A stretch of 63,373 nt of DNA, the filler included, from Archaeoglobus sp. JdFR-37 (lineage in GTDB: Archaea > Halobacteriota > Archaeoglobi > Archaeoglobales > Archaeoglobaceae), in assembly GCA_002010215.1 (NCBI GenBank). It is 3 parts of 3 records of this genome, joined end to end, with 100 filler letters (N's around TTAATTAATTAA, not from the genome) between each part and the next. Parts side by side here need not be neighbours in the genome. Positions count along the whole stretch, not along the records: positions 24,553 to 48,283 come from MTMY01000041.1; 2 more parts are not named here. One strand, given 5' to 3'. The notes beneath the pieces were generated by a model. It was given only the letters and a program-made list of their open reading frames with translations, searched no databases and was not told the origin of the DNA. This document shows, piece after piece, positions 30,942-41,373 of the stretch; position 1 is the first letter of the stretch; each line of letters opens with the position of its first letter. A program made the translations under genes and the position numbers.

Positions 30942-32495
30942 CTACTCAACCTCAACAGTCACCGGATTTGAGTAAATTCTCTTCCAGCATTGGTCGCAGC
31001 CAACCACGTCATCAAAGGCAAGTTCAGCATAGGCAACCGCTTTATACACCCCTTTACTTAAAGTAAGGCTATCGCAGAACTCAATCTGTTCGGATGGGTT
31101 CATCACTGCAGTTTTGAGGATATCGAGGAGTACTGGTGGCAGCCGTGCGATGAGCTCCCCATCCTGGTACACCTCTATTCTGAGGGGATTTACGTGTCCG
31201 TAGTAAATCAGGCGAGGGGCAGAACCGTTGTAAGTGAGCGCTACACATAAGGTAACTCTGCCCGCAAGCCCTTTGTCCATTACCCGTAACCTCACCTCAA
31301 AATCGCCAAGGCCTCTGTAGGCTGTTTGCTCAATATCTCTGGCATTCCAGTCCTGGATGGTTACCACGTATGCAACTGTTGCATTGTCCGGAACCACATA
31401 TACCTGAAATCTCTCCTCACCCGTCACCCAGTTGTAATACCTGTAAACGTGAGGAACAGAGTAGGTGATGCCCTCAAATGCCGGATAATTCTTCTTCAAG
31501 TACTTTAGTGCTATCATCATGGCTTTCTGCCGCTCCCCCTCGTCAGGCTCTTTTACAAGTGTCTGAGTAGTCTCCATGATATTGAAGTCGTGTATCCCAC
31601 TCTCATTCAGACGGGAGTAAATTGTTGCAGCTCCATCATCTCCTTCGCCACTCTCGTTCCAGAAAGATACAGCGATGTAGAAGCCATCTGTCAGGTTGTC
31701 CCCGTGGAGTCTGTAAACCCTGTATTTCCAGCTCCAGAACCTCATGAGCTCTGGTTGCTCCAGAAGAAGATTTACGACTTCATCGTCACCCAGAATTTGC
31801 TGGGGGGTTAGAGTTGGCGACGTTTTTATCAGAGGTCTTTCTTCCACAGTAACATCCTCAGGAAGGCTGAACTCCGAGTCATCTATTTCAGCGTTGAACT
31901 CAATTTCTCTGAATTCCAGAATAGATATCGAGGAAACGTTACTCACCCCGTATTTCTCCCTCAACTCTTTGGGGAATTCCATTTCAACCCTCATCTCAAT
32001 TCTGACGGGATACCATTCACCTTTAACGATCCACATTCTTAGCTTGGACGGGGTTCTGTCTAGATTGCTGAACTCCAGCAAGTAGCAGTCCTTTCCCATT
32101 ACTCTCCCTTCGCCCTCCAGCGATACGCTGTATTCCTTCACCATCTCCAGAATCAGCCCGTAGTAGAAATCCGGGTTTGAGGGGGGTATCGGGAGATTTA
32201 TTCTTGTAGCTCTACCGATTGTTCTGTTGTATATCCACCAGGTGCTGCCGTTGATTACTGATGTGGTCTTTTCCTTGTCCTCTTTAAACCTGTCCGGCTT
32301 TTTGAACGCAATAGTAGCCTCTGTTCTGTAGACTTTTCCGTCTGAGATATCTTCGAGGTTGATTATGGCTTTATAGCTGGAGATGCTCTGATACTTTTCA
32401 TTGACCCTTTCCAGAATTTCTTCGGCGGTCAATTTCTCTGTACAGCCCATAATTAGGAGCGCAAGAATGAGCAACGGGAGTAGTTTTCCGGCCAT
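30942..32495 (-). CDS. Lipoprotein with a LolA-like (DUF2092) N-terminal domain and additional C-terminal domains
   Basis: Lipobox LIMGC; FKKPDRFK, NGSTWWIY and FNAEIDDSEF are typical of archaeal LolA-like proteins. Confidence 0.75.
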   Translation of the reverse strand: MAGKLLPLLILALLIMGCTEKLTAEEILERVNEKYQSISSYKAIINLEDISDGKVYRTEATIAFKKPDRFKEDKEKTTSVINGSTWWIYNRTIGRATRINLPIPPSNPDFYYGLILEMVKEYSVSLEGEGRVMGKDCYLLEFSNLDRTPSKLRMWIVKGEWYPVRIEMRVEMEFPKELREKYGVSNVSSISILEFREIEFNAEIDDSEFSLPEDVTVEERPLIKTSPTLTPQQILGDDEVVNLLLEQPELMRFWSWKYRVYRLHGDNLTDGFYIAVSFWNESGEGDDGAATIYSRLNESGIHDFNIMETTQTLVKEPDEGERQKAMMIALKYLKKNYPAFEGITYSVPHVYRYYNWVTGEERFQVYVVPDNATVAYVVTIQDWNARDIEQTAYRGLGDFEVRLRVMDKGLAGRVTLCVALTYNGSAPRLIYYGHVNPLRIEVYQDGELIARLPPVLLDILKTAVMNPSEQIEFCDSLTLSKGVYKAVAYAELAFDDVVGCDQCWKRIYSNPVTVEVE

Positions 32496-32655
32496 TCGGA
32501 TTATCGCATCCTGTCTCTCCTCAACTACCTCCATTTACCCACCATCACCAAATAATTTACTTTCCTGTAAGCTATAATTCTTTCGATTTTTCAGCAATTT
32601 AGCTTAGGATCCAAATTTTACCAAGGAGTTCACCGCAAAATTTGTAAAATTTCAA

Positions 32656-33336
32656 TTGTCTGCTTCAGCCGTGAACCTGGAAAATCATCCAGAAGTTGAC
32701 TGGAAATATCTGATCAAAACCATTGAAAAGGAAGCAATATCTAGAAATGCTCCAGTCTTCACCCTGAAAAACTTCCTCAAAACACCCTTCCAAATTCTAG
32801 TTTTTGCCATTCTGAGTTCCAGAACAAGAGATGAGCAGACAGTAGAGGTGACCAAGAGGCTTTTTCAGCGGGTAAATTCTCCAGAGGATTTGCTGAAAAT
32901 GGATGTTTCGGAACTTGAGGAAATTCTAAGAGGTGTAGGTTTTTACCGGGTTAAGGCAAGAACGCTGAAATCCATGGCAGAGAAGCTGGTTGACGAGTTC
33001 AACTCAGAAGTGCCACGCAACTTCGATGACCTCATAAAACTACCGGGAGTGGGTAGGAAAGTTGCTAATATCATACTGGCTGATGCTTTTAATAAGGCTG
33101 CAATAGGAGTTGATACCCACGTTCACAGAATTTCCAACAGACTCGGCCTTATCTCAACAAAAAAGCCAGAGGAGACTGAAGAGGAGCTCAGGAGAATCGT
33201 TCCAAAAGGGCTCTGGAACAGGGTAAACAAGGCTTTTGTGGGATTCGGTCAAACTGTGTGCAGACCTCAAAAGCCACTATGCAGTCAATGCCCCCTTGAG
33301 AGGCTCTGTCCGAAAATAGGAGTTAGCGGGAGATAA
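32656..33336 (+). CDS. nth: Endonuclease III
   Basis: LPGVGRKVAN HhH motif, VDTHVHR, CX6CX2CX5C; start uncertain. Confidence 0.95.
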   Translation: MSASAVNLENHPEVDWKYLIKTIEKEAISRNAPVFTLKNFLKTPFQILVFAILSSRTRDEQTVEVTKRLFQRVNSPEDLLKMDVSELEEILRGVGFYRVKARTLKSMAEKLVDEFNSEVPRNFDDLIKLPGVGRKVANIILADAFNKAAIGVDTHVHRISNRLGLISTKKPEETEEELRRIVPKGLWNRVNKAFVGFGQTVCRPQKPLCSQCPLERLCPKIGVSGR

Positions 33337-34156
33337 GCTGGGCTATTTCTTCAGCCACACTTATCACGCTTATTTGCCTCTCCACAGTATCTGTGGCAAT
33401 CACTTCCTGTATCCCTGAGGAAAACAGCTTGTTCAATGCATAAGATGCGAGCACTGCATGGACGCATGCTGCCCTGACTTCAGATGCTCCACTATCCATC
33501 AGCATTTTCGCAGCCTCAACTACTGTGGAGCCTGTAGATATGATGTCGTCAACAATAACCACCTCTTTTCCAGACACGTCCACCTCTTTTGGGCTTATCT
33601 CAACCTTGTCTGCATCCACCCTTCTTTTTTCCATATAATCAAAGAAGCATCCTGCTGCCTTTGCTGCCACCTTCACCCTCTCATAGCTGCCCTCGTCAGG
33701 AGAGATCATCACGACATCTTTATCAGCGAAGTGTTTACCAACAAGAGGCATGGCATCTATCTCCACCAGCTTTTTGAAATGTGAAGCAGCTTCTCTGCTG
33801 TGCAAATTGACAGAAATCACTTTATCAGCATAGGACTCGATAAGCCTAGCAACAGCCCTTATCGATACCGCTTCACCCTCCTTGAATGCCCTGTCCTGTC
33901 TGGAATAGCCCATGTATGGGATTACAGCAGTAATCTCTGTGTTAGAGGCAGCATCCAGCATTAGAAGAAGATACACTAAATCATCATTGGAGTTTATGCT
34001 CTGAACGATAACTGTTTCATCTTCAAGCCCTTCAATCTTTACGTAAAGCTCTCCATCAGGAAATCGCCTGAAAGTGGCGTTGAGGAGCTGGACATTCAGG
34101 AGATCAGCAACTCTCTTGGCAAGAAGGGGTGATGAAGGACCTGCAACAACCTTCAT
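33323..34156 (-). CDS. prs: Ribose-phosphate pyrophosphokinase
   Basis: FPDGE, PYMGYSRQD and VDDIISTGST motifs. Confidence 0.96.
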   Translation of the reverse strand: MKVVAGPSSPLLAKRVADLLNVQLLNATFRRFPDGELYVKIEGLEDETVIVQSINSNDDLVYLLLMLDAASNTEITAVIPYMGYSRQDRAFKEGEAVSIRAVARLIESYADKVISVNLHSREAASHFKKLVEIDAMPLVGKHFADKDVVMISPDEGSYERVKVAAKAAGCFFDYMEKRRVDADKVEISPKEVDVSGKEVVIVDDIISTGSTVVEAAKMLMDSGASEVRAACVHAVLASYALNKLFSSGIQEVIATDTVERQISVISVAEEIAQLISR

Positions 34157-34265
34157 AGGAACGCCTGTGAAAGCCTGAAAATAAAGGTTGTGTTATGTTT
34201 GATGTCTGTGATTTCGATTCCCTTGGAAATCCAAAACATATAATACCTTCCACCCAACTTGGGTT

Positions 34266-35606
34266 ATGGACTTAGAAGGCTACGCAAGGAGACTGCTTGA
34301 AGCGAAAAGCGAAGATGAGGTTCTCAAGTTATTATCGGAAAGAATCTCGGAGATAAAAGGTGTTGAGCTATCCAGGGCAGAAAAAATAGCTAAGGCAGTT
34401 ATTGAGGAAGTGAAGAATGCTTATTCAAAAACCAGCTTCATTCTTGATTACTATTGCAGCGGCGTCAGCATGGGAGCTTTCGGTGTTGGGAGTAGAGGTA
34501 GGGGAGATTTTTACGTTCATTCCAAGATAGCCGAAATAGCTTCAGTCATACCCTCAGAGGTGTCATCTAGGGATTTGGATGATGCAGGCGTGGTTAAGGC
34601 AGGAAGCGTTTTTATAAGCGTGGCTGTTGACGGCATTCATTCCCGCTTAAGCGAGTTCCCTTTCATAGCCGGTTTTCACGTCACGAGGGCTGCCATGAGG
34701 GATGTTTACGTTATGGGTGCAAAACCTGTGGCAGTCTTTTCCGACATCCATGTTGCCGATGATGGAGACGTCTCAAAAATCTTCGACCATATTGCCGGCA
34801 TAACTGCTGTCTGCCAGCTTACAAATGTACCGCTGGTTGCGGGAAGCACTCTCAGAATTGGTGGAGATATGGTTATAGGAGAAAGAATGACTGGATGTGT
34901 GGGCTGTGTTGGAGTAAGCCAGCACATCACTCCAAGGAGAGATGTGAAACCAGGAGATGTCATTCTTCTCACAGAGGGTGCCGGAGGAGGAACAGTTGTC
35001 ACAACTGCCATATATTACGGCAAACACGAGCTGGTAGATGAAACCCTCAACATAGACTTTTTGAGGGCATGTGAAGCAATCTTCGAAGCCAATCTAATTC
35101 CAGAGATACATGCCATGAGCGATGTCACCAATGGGGGAATAAGAGGAGATGCAGAGGAAATCTCAAGGGTTTCCGGCTGCTCACTTGTCTTCGAATTTGA
35201 AAAGGTCAGGAGCATTGTAAATCCAAAAATTCTGAAAATGCTTGAAGAGCTTCAAATAGACTTTATGGGTGTCTCTATCGATTCCCTCATGGTTATCTGC
35301 CCGCCTGAAGTTGCAGATGATGTCAAGGCTGCTGTCGGAAAAGCGGGTGTGAGAATGGAGGAGGTTGGCTGGGTTGAGGAAAGCGGTAGCTCTGAGCCAG
35401 GGGCTTATTTAATCGAAGATGGCAGTAAAAAATCCATAAAACCCAGATTCAGGGAAGCTGCTTACACTCCTATAAAGAAATTGGTTGGTGAGGAGACCCC
35501 AGCAGATTTTGAAGAGATGAGACTAAAAATTGATGAAGCTGTAAGGAAAGCAAATGAAAAACGGGAGAAGGTTGTGAAGATGATTATGGAACGGCTTAAT
35601 TATTAA
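34266..35606 (+). CDS. AIR synthase-related (HypE-like) protein
   Basis: GVGSRGRGDF, DGIHSRLS, GSTLRIGGD and DVTNGGIRGD motifs. Confidence 0.88.
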   Translation: MDLEGYARRLLEAKSEDEVLKLLSERISEIKGVELSRAEKIAKAVIEEVKNAYSKTSFILDYYCSGVSMGAFGVGSRGRGDFYVHSKIAEIASVIPSEVSSRDLDDAGVVKAGSVFISVAVDGIHSRLSEFPFIAGFHVTRAAMRDVYVMGAKPVAVFSDIHVADDGDVSKIFDHIAGITAVCQLTNVPLVAGSTLRIGGDMVIGERMTGCVGCVGVSQHITPRRDVKPGDVILLTEGAGGGTVVTTAIYYGKHELVDETLNIDFLRACEAIFEANLIPEIHAMSDVTNGGIRGDAEEISRVSGCSLVFEFEKVRSIVNPKILKMLEELQIDFMGVSIDSLMVICPPEVADDVKAAVGKAGVRMEEVGWVEESGSSEPGAYLIEDGSKKSIKPRFREAAYTPIKKLVGEETPADFEEMRLKIDEAVRKANEKREKVVKMIMERLNY

Positions 35607-35769
35607 GATATATTTTATAGAATGTCTTATTAAATATATTTAGCCAAAAGTCTATTTTGAAGTCGATTTGTCATCATCAACCATAAAATTTTTATTTTCT
35701 ATTACATCCCTACATCACGATTAATCATTTCGAAAGAATTTGGGAGTAATGTAGGATTGGAGGGATGAG

Positions 35770-36852
35770 ATGAAACTGACAAGACGAAATTTCGGGAAGC
35801 TTTTGGCGTCCATGGGGGCAACAGCGTTCTTGACTACCTACAAATCCGAAGTCGTAAGAGCTTTTGAGGATGCTAAGGATAAAGGGGTCAAACTCGTATG
35901 GCTTCAGGGTCAGAGTGATACCGCATGCACGGTCTCGCTACTTCAGGCGAGTGATCCAGATTTGTACGATGCTGTAGAGGAGCTGAAGGTTCAGATTGCT
36001 TTTCATACAACAATTATGCCCGATTTCGGCGAGAAGGCTATCAGAGTTCTTGAGGAAATTGAACCAGACGTACTTGTGCTGGAGGGCAGCATTCCGACAG
36101 GAAATATGGAGAATGCCTGTACTGTTGGTGAAGTGAACGGAAAGCCAGTAACCATTGCTCAGTGGGTAAAGGAGCTATCAGCAAGGACAAGAGTAGCAGT
36201 AGTGGGATTTGGAAGCTGTGCCAGTTTTGGAGGAATCCCAAGTGCTAGGGATTTTGAGGGGAGAAGCCCGACAAATGCTGTCGGATTATATCAGTTCTTC
36301 CAGTCCAATCCGAAGCCTTCGGTGCCGGTGATAAATATTCCCGGATGTCCAGGACATCCTGACTGGCTGATGACGGTGTTGGCAGCAACACTTTTGGGTG
36401 TGAATATCGAAGTAGATGGGCTTGGAAGGCCAAAGCTGTTCTTCTCCCAACTCATACATGACAACTGTGCCAGAAGAGGGTTCTATGATGAGGGATGGTT
36501 TGCAGAGAGTTTTGCCGAGTCAGACTTCAGCAAAAAGAAGTGTCTGTTCAAGGTTGGATGCCGTGGCCCGGTAACATATTCGGCATGCGCCGAAACGAAA
36601 TGGAATGGTGGAGTAAATGTCTGTATGAATGCTGGAGCACCCTGCATTGGCTGCATGCATCCCGAATTCCCGGATGCAGTATCGCCATTCTATGCAGAGC
36701 AGCGGAAGCTTGAGATAGATGCCACGAAGACGCTCTTTGGTAGCCTTACTACAGCCGTTCTGGTTGGAGCAGCAGCCTACATCGGTACCCACATTTACAA
36801 GGAAAACAAGGAAAATAACCTGAAGAAAAAGAAGGAAGGTGAGAAGAAGTGA
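35770..36852 (+). CDS. vhtG: Group 1 [NiFe] hydrogenase small subunit with Tat signal and C-terminal TM
   Basis: TRRNFGK Tat motif; GSCASFGG, PGCPGHP, HDNC...CLFKVGC and PCIGC. Confidence 0.93.
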   Translation: MKLTRRNFGKLLASMGATAFLTTYKSEVVRAFEDAKDKGVKLVWLQGQSDTACTVSLLQASDPDLYDAVEELKVQIAFHTTIMPDFGEKAIRVLEEIEPDVLVLEGSIPTGNMENACTVGEVNGKPVTIAQWVKELSARTRVAVVGFGSCASFGGIPSARDFEGRSPTNAVGLYQFFQSNPKPSVPVINIPGCPGHPDWLMTVLAATLLGVNIEVDGLGRPKLFFSQLIHDNCARRGFYDEGWFAESFAESDFSKKKCLFKVGCRGPVTYSACAETKWNGGVNVCMNAGAPCIGCMHPEFPDAVSPFYAEQRKLEIDATKTLFGSLTTAVLVGAAAYIGTHIYKENKENNLKKKKEGEKK

Positions 36853-37502
36853 ATTATCTGGAGAGATTCGATGTTCATCAGAGGGTGCAGCACTTCGTTC
36901 TGCTCACGAGCTTCATAATTCTGGCGGTGACTGGCATTCCACTCATTTACCGTTACACCGACTGGGGCATGGCCTTTATGGAGTGGATGGGTGGAATGCA
37001 GGTTGTTAAAGGTGTCCACAGGTGGGCCAGCTTCTGGATGATTGGTGCGGGGATATACCATGTTGCCTGGGCACTCTACAAGAGACCAAAAAGTATGATT
37101 CCAAGAAAGAAGGACATAGAAGACTTCATTCAAGACCTTAAGTTTGTATTTGGTAGCGTTAACGAACCTCCAAAGTATGACAAGTTCAATTACGTCCAGA
37201 AATTCGAATACTGGGGAGCATTCTGGGGAATGGTTATAATGATCGTAACAGGCCTCGTTCTCAGTTATCCTGACTACTTTGGCTTACCAGCAGACATTGT
37301 TGTTGCTCTAAGGGTTGCCCACTGGGAAGAGGCGATTCTTGCCGTGGTTTTCATTGCAAGCTGGCACATGTACTTCAGCCATTTCCGCAGGAAATTCTTC
37401 CCCTTCAACAAAGCTGTGTTTACAGGCAGAATAGAGCTGGAGAAGGCTATGGATGAGCACCCAGTGTGGGTTGAGAAAGTGATGAGGGGTAATGGTAGGT
37501 AA
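36849..37502 (+). CDS. vhtC: Hydrogenase cytochrome b subunit
   Basis: QRVQH, VHR, KFNYVQKFEYW, AHWEEA and WHMY His ligands; lies between the small and large subunit genes. Confidence 0.88.
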   Translation: MNYLERFDVHQRVQHFVLLTSFIILAVTGIPLIYRYTDWGMAFMEWMGGMQVVKGVHRWASFWMIGAGIYHVAWALYKRPKSMIPRKKDIEDFIQDLKFVFGSVNEPPKYDKFNYVQKFEYWGAFWGMVIMIVTGLVLSYPDYFGLPADIVVALRVAHWEEAILAVVFIASWHMYFSHFRRKFFPFNKAVFTGRIELEKAMDEHPVWVEKVMRGNGR

Positions 37503-37534
37503 TTTAGATGCGGTGAAAGAGATGGTGATGGTGA

Positions 37535-39094
37535 ATGGTAGAGCTTGTAATTGATCCGGTTTCAAGGCTTGAGGGCCATCATGGCGTGAAGCTGGAAGTT
37601 GAGGGCGGGAAAGTCGTTAAGGCCAAAGCTCTTGCAACAATGTTCAGAGGTTTTGAAAGAATTGTGATAGGAAGAGACCCGAGGGATGCACCAATCCTCC
37701 TCCAGAGGATTTGTGGTGTCTGCCACAACGATCACCGCCTTGTGAGCCTGATGGCCATTGAGAACGCTGCTGGAGTCAAAATCCCGGAAGCTGGCTTATT
37801 GCTGAGGAACATCATTGCATCTTTGCAGTTTGTGTTCGATCACCCGGTCTGGGCCTATGCACTGACCGGTCCTGATTACTGTGACGCCATCCATAAAACA
37901 GGCCTTGTAAGGTTCGATCCCATTACCGGTGCTGGAGTGAAAGAGGCTGTTGCAGCTCAGCGCAGACTGCATCAAGCCATGGCCTACATTGGCGGAAAAG
38001 TGCCCCACATCATGACTCCGCTGCCTGGAGGAGTGAGTCTGGAGATTAATGGGGACATAATCTCAAAGCTCGTCAGCATAGTGGAGGACGTGAAGAAGTG
38101 GGCAATAGGAGTTGGTGTCGGCAAGACTGCCTTGGAGCACACAGCAGACATTGCAGGCTACATAATCGATGATGTGACTTCAAAGCTCAATGCTGGGAAG
38201 CCTGTTGAGCCGCCTAAGGACCCAGAGATAGGCAGAGGGCTATACGATTTGGTCTCTCTCATTCTGGTTATGGCCAACATGGGTCTGAAGGACATGGGGG
38301 AAAGAGACCCAGTCATGTTAGCATATGGCTTCCTCGAGGATTATGACGGGAACAGGTACTTTCCACCTGGATTTTTCAATGGAGAGAAGTTCGAGAAGTT
38401 TGACGAGAAGAACATCAGTGAAGATGTCACCCATTCCTTCTATGTCGATGATGCAGGAGGCAGTTATGTTGGAGATGAAGATACAAGGAAGCTGAAGCCA
38501 GCATACGGGAAGGTAGGAGCCTACACCTGGGCCAAAGCTCCCAGATACAAAGGAGTGCCCGCTGAAGTGGGGCCGCTTCCAAGAATGGTTGCCAAGGGCT
38601 TCAGGGATGGATGGGAGCTTGGCGATCCACTTAATCTCAGAAAAGACTTGGCTGGAGGAAGAACCGCTAGCAATGCATTGGCAAGGAACATAGCCAGAAT
38701 TCAGGAGGAGCTTCTGCTCATAGATTACCTAGAGAATGCTCTGCTTCAGCTTGCAGAACACGTGGGCAAGAAAACGTGGACAGAGTACGAGATTCCAGAA
38801 AGTGCATCCGGCGTAGGATTGAGGGAGGCACCAAGAGGTGCACTGGGGCACTGGGTCAGGATAAAGAGTAAGAAGATCGACAACTACCAGGTAATAGCTC
38901 CCACAACCTGGAATGTCTCACCAACAGATGGAAATGGAAATATGGGGCCACTGGAGGAGGCTTTGATTGGTACGCCCGTCGAAAACATGGAATCGCCATG
39001 GGATGTGATAAGAGTCATACACAGCTTTGATCTCTGTCTGGCGTGCACAGTTCACGTCTTCGATGGCAAGAAATGGGCAAAGATTCAGATTTGA
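37535..39094 (+). CDS. vhtA: Group 1 [NiFe] hydrogenase large subunit
   Basis: L1 RICGVCH, L2 FDLCLACTVH and a cleavable C-terminal tail. Confidence 0.96.
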   Translation: MVELVIDPVSRLEGHHGVKLEVEGGKVVKAKALATMFRGFERIVIGRDPRDAPILLQRICGVCHNDHRLVSLMAIENAAGVKIPEAGLLLRNIIASLQFVFDHPVWAYALTGPDYCDAIHKTGLVRFDPITGAGVKEAVAAQRRLHQAMAYIGGKVPHIMTPLPGGVSLEINGDIISKLVSIVEDVKKWAIGVGVGKTALEHTADIAGYIIDDVTSKLNAGKPVEPPKDPEIGRGLYDLVSLILVMANMGLKDMGERDPVMLAYGFLEDYDGNRYFPPGFFNGEKFEKFDEKNISEDVTHSFYVDDAGGSYVGDEDTRKLKPAYGKVGAYTWAKAPRYKGVPAEVGPLPRMVAKGFRDGWELGDPLNLRKDLAGGRTASNALARNIARIQEELLLIDYLENALLQLAEHVGKKTWTEYEIPESASGVGLREAPRGALGHWVRIKSKKIDNYQVIAPTTWNVSPTDGNGNMGPLEEALIGTPVENMESPWDVIRVIHSFDLCLACTVHVFDGKKWAKIQI

Positions 39095-39231
39095 TTTCTT
39101 TAATTTTCTTTATAATTATATAATCATATGAAGTTCTAAGGATGTTTCTACGAAGCTACTCCATTGGGCCAGAGCTATTGGTAATGCCATGGTAAAATTT
39201 ATCATGTGTATGTTATTAAATAAACCCCATC

Positions 39232-40038
39232 ATGATCATAGAGGTCAAAAATCTGGTGAAAGTTTACGGGAATACAAAAGCACTAGACAGAGTAACTCTT
39301 GAGGTCAAGACAGATGAGATTTTCGCAATTCTCGGCCCCAATGGGGCAGGAAAAACTACGCTCATCGAAATCTTAGAAGGTCTGAGAACACCGACTTCTG
39401 GAGAAGCAAAGGTGCTCGGTTTTGATGTCATCAAAGACAGAGATAAGATACGGAGAAAGGTGGGAGTGCTCCCTCAGGACTTCGCAGCCTTCGACAGACT
39501 GACGGTGGAGGAGAACATCTCTCTTTTCTCTTCCCTCTATAACGGTCTTGATGTTAGCGAGCTCATCAGCCTCGTGGGGCTAGAGCAATGGAGGAAGGTG
39601 AGATTTCAGGAGTTGTCAGGCGGTTTGAAACAGAGAGTAGGTATAGCGTGTGCTCTTGCAGGAAGCCCAGACTTGGTTTTCCTCGATGAACCAACAACAG
39701 GATTAGATCCAATAGCAAGAAGGGAAACTTGGGAGGTAATCGAGAACCTCAGAGGCAAAACGGTTGTGCTGACTACCCATTACATGGAAGAAGCTGAAAA
39801 GCTTGCTGACAGAGTAGCCATCATTGTGTCTGGAAGGATTGTCGCATGCGATAGTGTTGAAGAGCTCAAAAGAAAATTTGGGAAATTACGACTGGTGGTT
39901 CATGGAGAAACGAGAAGGGAATTGGAGGTTGAAAGTTTTGAAGAGATTTACAGAATTCTTCAATCCCTTGATAAACCCTACCCCTTCGAAATCGTGACAC
40001 CAACTCTTGAGGAAATTTACGTGAAACTGGTGTCCTGA
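39232..40038 (+). CDS. ABC transporter ATP-binding protein
   Basis: GPNGAGKTT, LSGG and LDEPTTG motifs. Confidence 0.96.
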   Translation: MIIEVKNLVKVYGNTKALDRVTLEVKTDEIFAILGPNGAGKTTLIEILEGLRTPTSGEAKVLGFDVIKDRDKIRRKVGVLPQDFAAFDRLTVEENISLFSSLYNGLDVSELISLVGLEQWRKVRFQELSGGLKQRVGIACALAGSPDLVFLDEPTTGLDPIARRETWEVIENLRGKTVVLTTHYMEEAEKLADRVAIIVSGRIVACDSVEELKRKFGKLRLVVHGETRRELEVESFEEIYRILQSLDKPYPFEIVTPTLEEIYVKLVS

Positions 40039-40080
40039 GTTAAATTTCATGAAAACCATGAACAGTCACGAGGTGTCAGA

Positions 40081-41316
40081 ATGAAAGCTGTAATGAAAGC
40101 TGTTAGGATTATAAACATATCTCTTGCTTTATTCAAGGGCTGGATGAGAAGTAGGTCGGGAGTTTTCTTCTCCTTCATGTTCCCTGTAATGCTTCTCCTT
40201 ATATTCGGCGTCATTTTTCAGGGTGGTGGAGAATATGACCTTTACATCATCAATATGGATAAGAAAAATGGAATTAATGAACCAACGAACCTGTCAAAAG
40301 CCTTCATTGATGCTCTTAATTCAACGAGCGCCATTAATGTCATTGTTGTTAACGGAACTCCACAGGACTTCATTCAAGAGAATAGCTTTGGAAGAATCAG
40401 ACTTTTGGTGATTCCTCCAAGATTCGAGGAGAATTTCACCAAAGCCATTGCAATTGAGAGGATGAAATCAATGTTCTCCACAGTGGAGTACATAATCGGA
40501 AATTACTCCGCAAGAATACCTGAAGATGCTTTAAAGGAGATGGAAAAGGGCAGAGTGTGGTTGGAGAGAACCGAGAGGCCAGAGATAAGACTGGTATACT
40601 ATGCTGAGAAAGACGATGCTGTTGCACCCATCATTGCCGGAGTTCTGCATGCCTTCACAGCTTCTTTCACTCTCAAAGGCGTTGGAGCCGAGAACATCTT
40701 TCAGATGGAGATGGTGAATTACAGGGGACTGAAACCTGCTGACTATTACATGCCAGGGTACATCTCCGCTTTTATAATGACCAATGGAGTCATAGGCCTG
40801 ACTTCAACTGTGTCGGATATGAGAAGAAGGGGTATTTTCAAAAGACTGGCAACAACACCGTTGGAAAAAAGGGAGTGGGTTGCTGCAAACGTCATACACC
40901 AGTCATTGCTGGCGATAATGCTTACTTTCGTCATGCTAATTGTGGCAAGGCTTGCCTTCAGTGTTGAAGCCTTTCCCAACCCTTTCTCGTGGCTTCTGAT
41001 CTTTGAAGGTGCTGTTCTATTCTCCGGCATAGGCATGATTCTCGGCTCCCTTTTCAGGGATGTTGAGGCGGCAACAGCCATAGCCAATGCCATAGCCTTT
41101 CCCATGATGTTTCTTAGCGGTACATTCTGGTCCCTTGAGATGATGCCTGAGTATCTCCAGACAATTGCGAAGCTTATCCCTCTCACATACTTTTCTGAAG
41201 GATTGAGGACGGCGATGATTACTGGAGGCGACGCATCGTTTAATGCCATAATCCTAGGAGTTTTGGCAGTGGTTTTCCTGGCTCTGGGAAGCTATGCCGT
41301 GAAATGGTATGAATGA
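40081..41316 (+). CDS. ABC-2 type permease
   Basis: N-terminal TM, extracellular loop, five C-terminal TMs, FLSGTFW. Confidence 0.92.
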   Translation: MKAVMKAVRIINISLALFKGWMRSRSGVFFSFMFPVMLLLIFGVIFQGGGEYDLYIINMDKKNGINEPTNLSKAFIDALNSTSAINVIVVNGTPQDFIQENSFGRIRLLVIPPRFEENFTKAIAIERMKSMFSTVEYIIGNYSARIPEDALKEMEKGRVWLERTERPEIRLVYYAEKDDAVAPIIAGVLHAFTASFTLKGVGAENIFQMEMVNYRGLKPADYYMPGYISAFIMTNGVIGLTSTVSDMRRRGIFKRLATTPLEKREWVAANVIHQSLLAIMLTFVMLIVARLAFSVEAFPNPFSWLLIFEGAVLFSGIGMILGSLFRDVEAATAIANAIAFPMMFLSGTFWSLEMMPEYLQTIAKLIPLTYFSEGLRTAMITGGDASFNAIILGVLAVVFLALGSYAVKWYE

Positions 41317-41373
41317 GTTGACGTAAGTGAAGTCTCCAGAAAACTTTTTTAATTTCGTCAAAAATCATACCAC

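Noticed and set aside
39020..39060. Possible [NiFeSe] hydrogenase
   Set aside because: The L2 motif DLCLAC uses Cys codons; there is no in-frame TGA.
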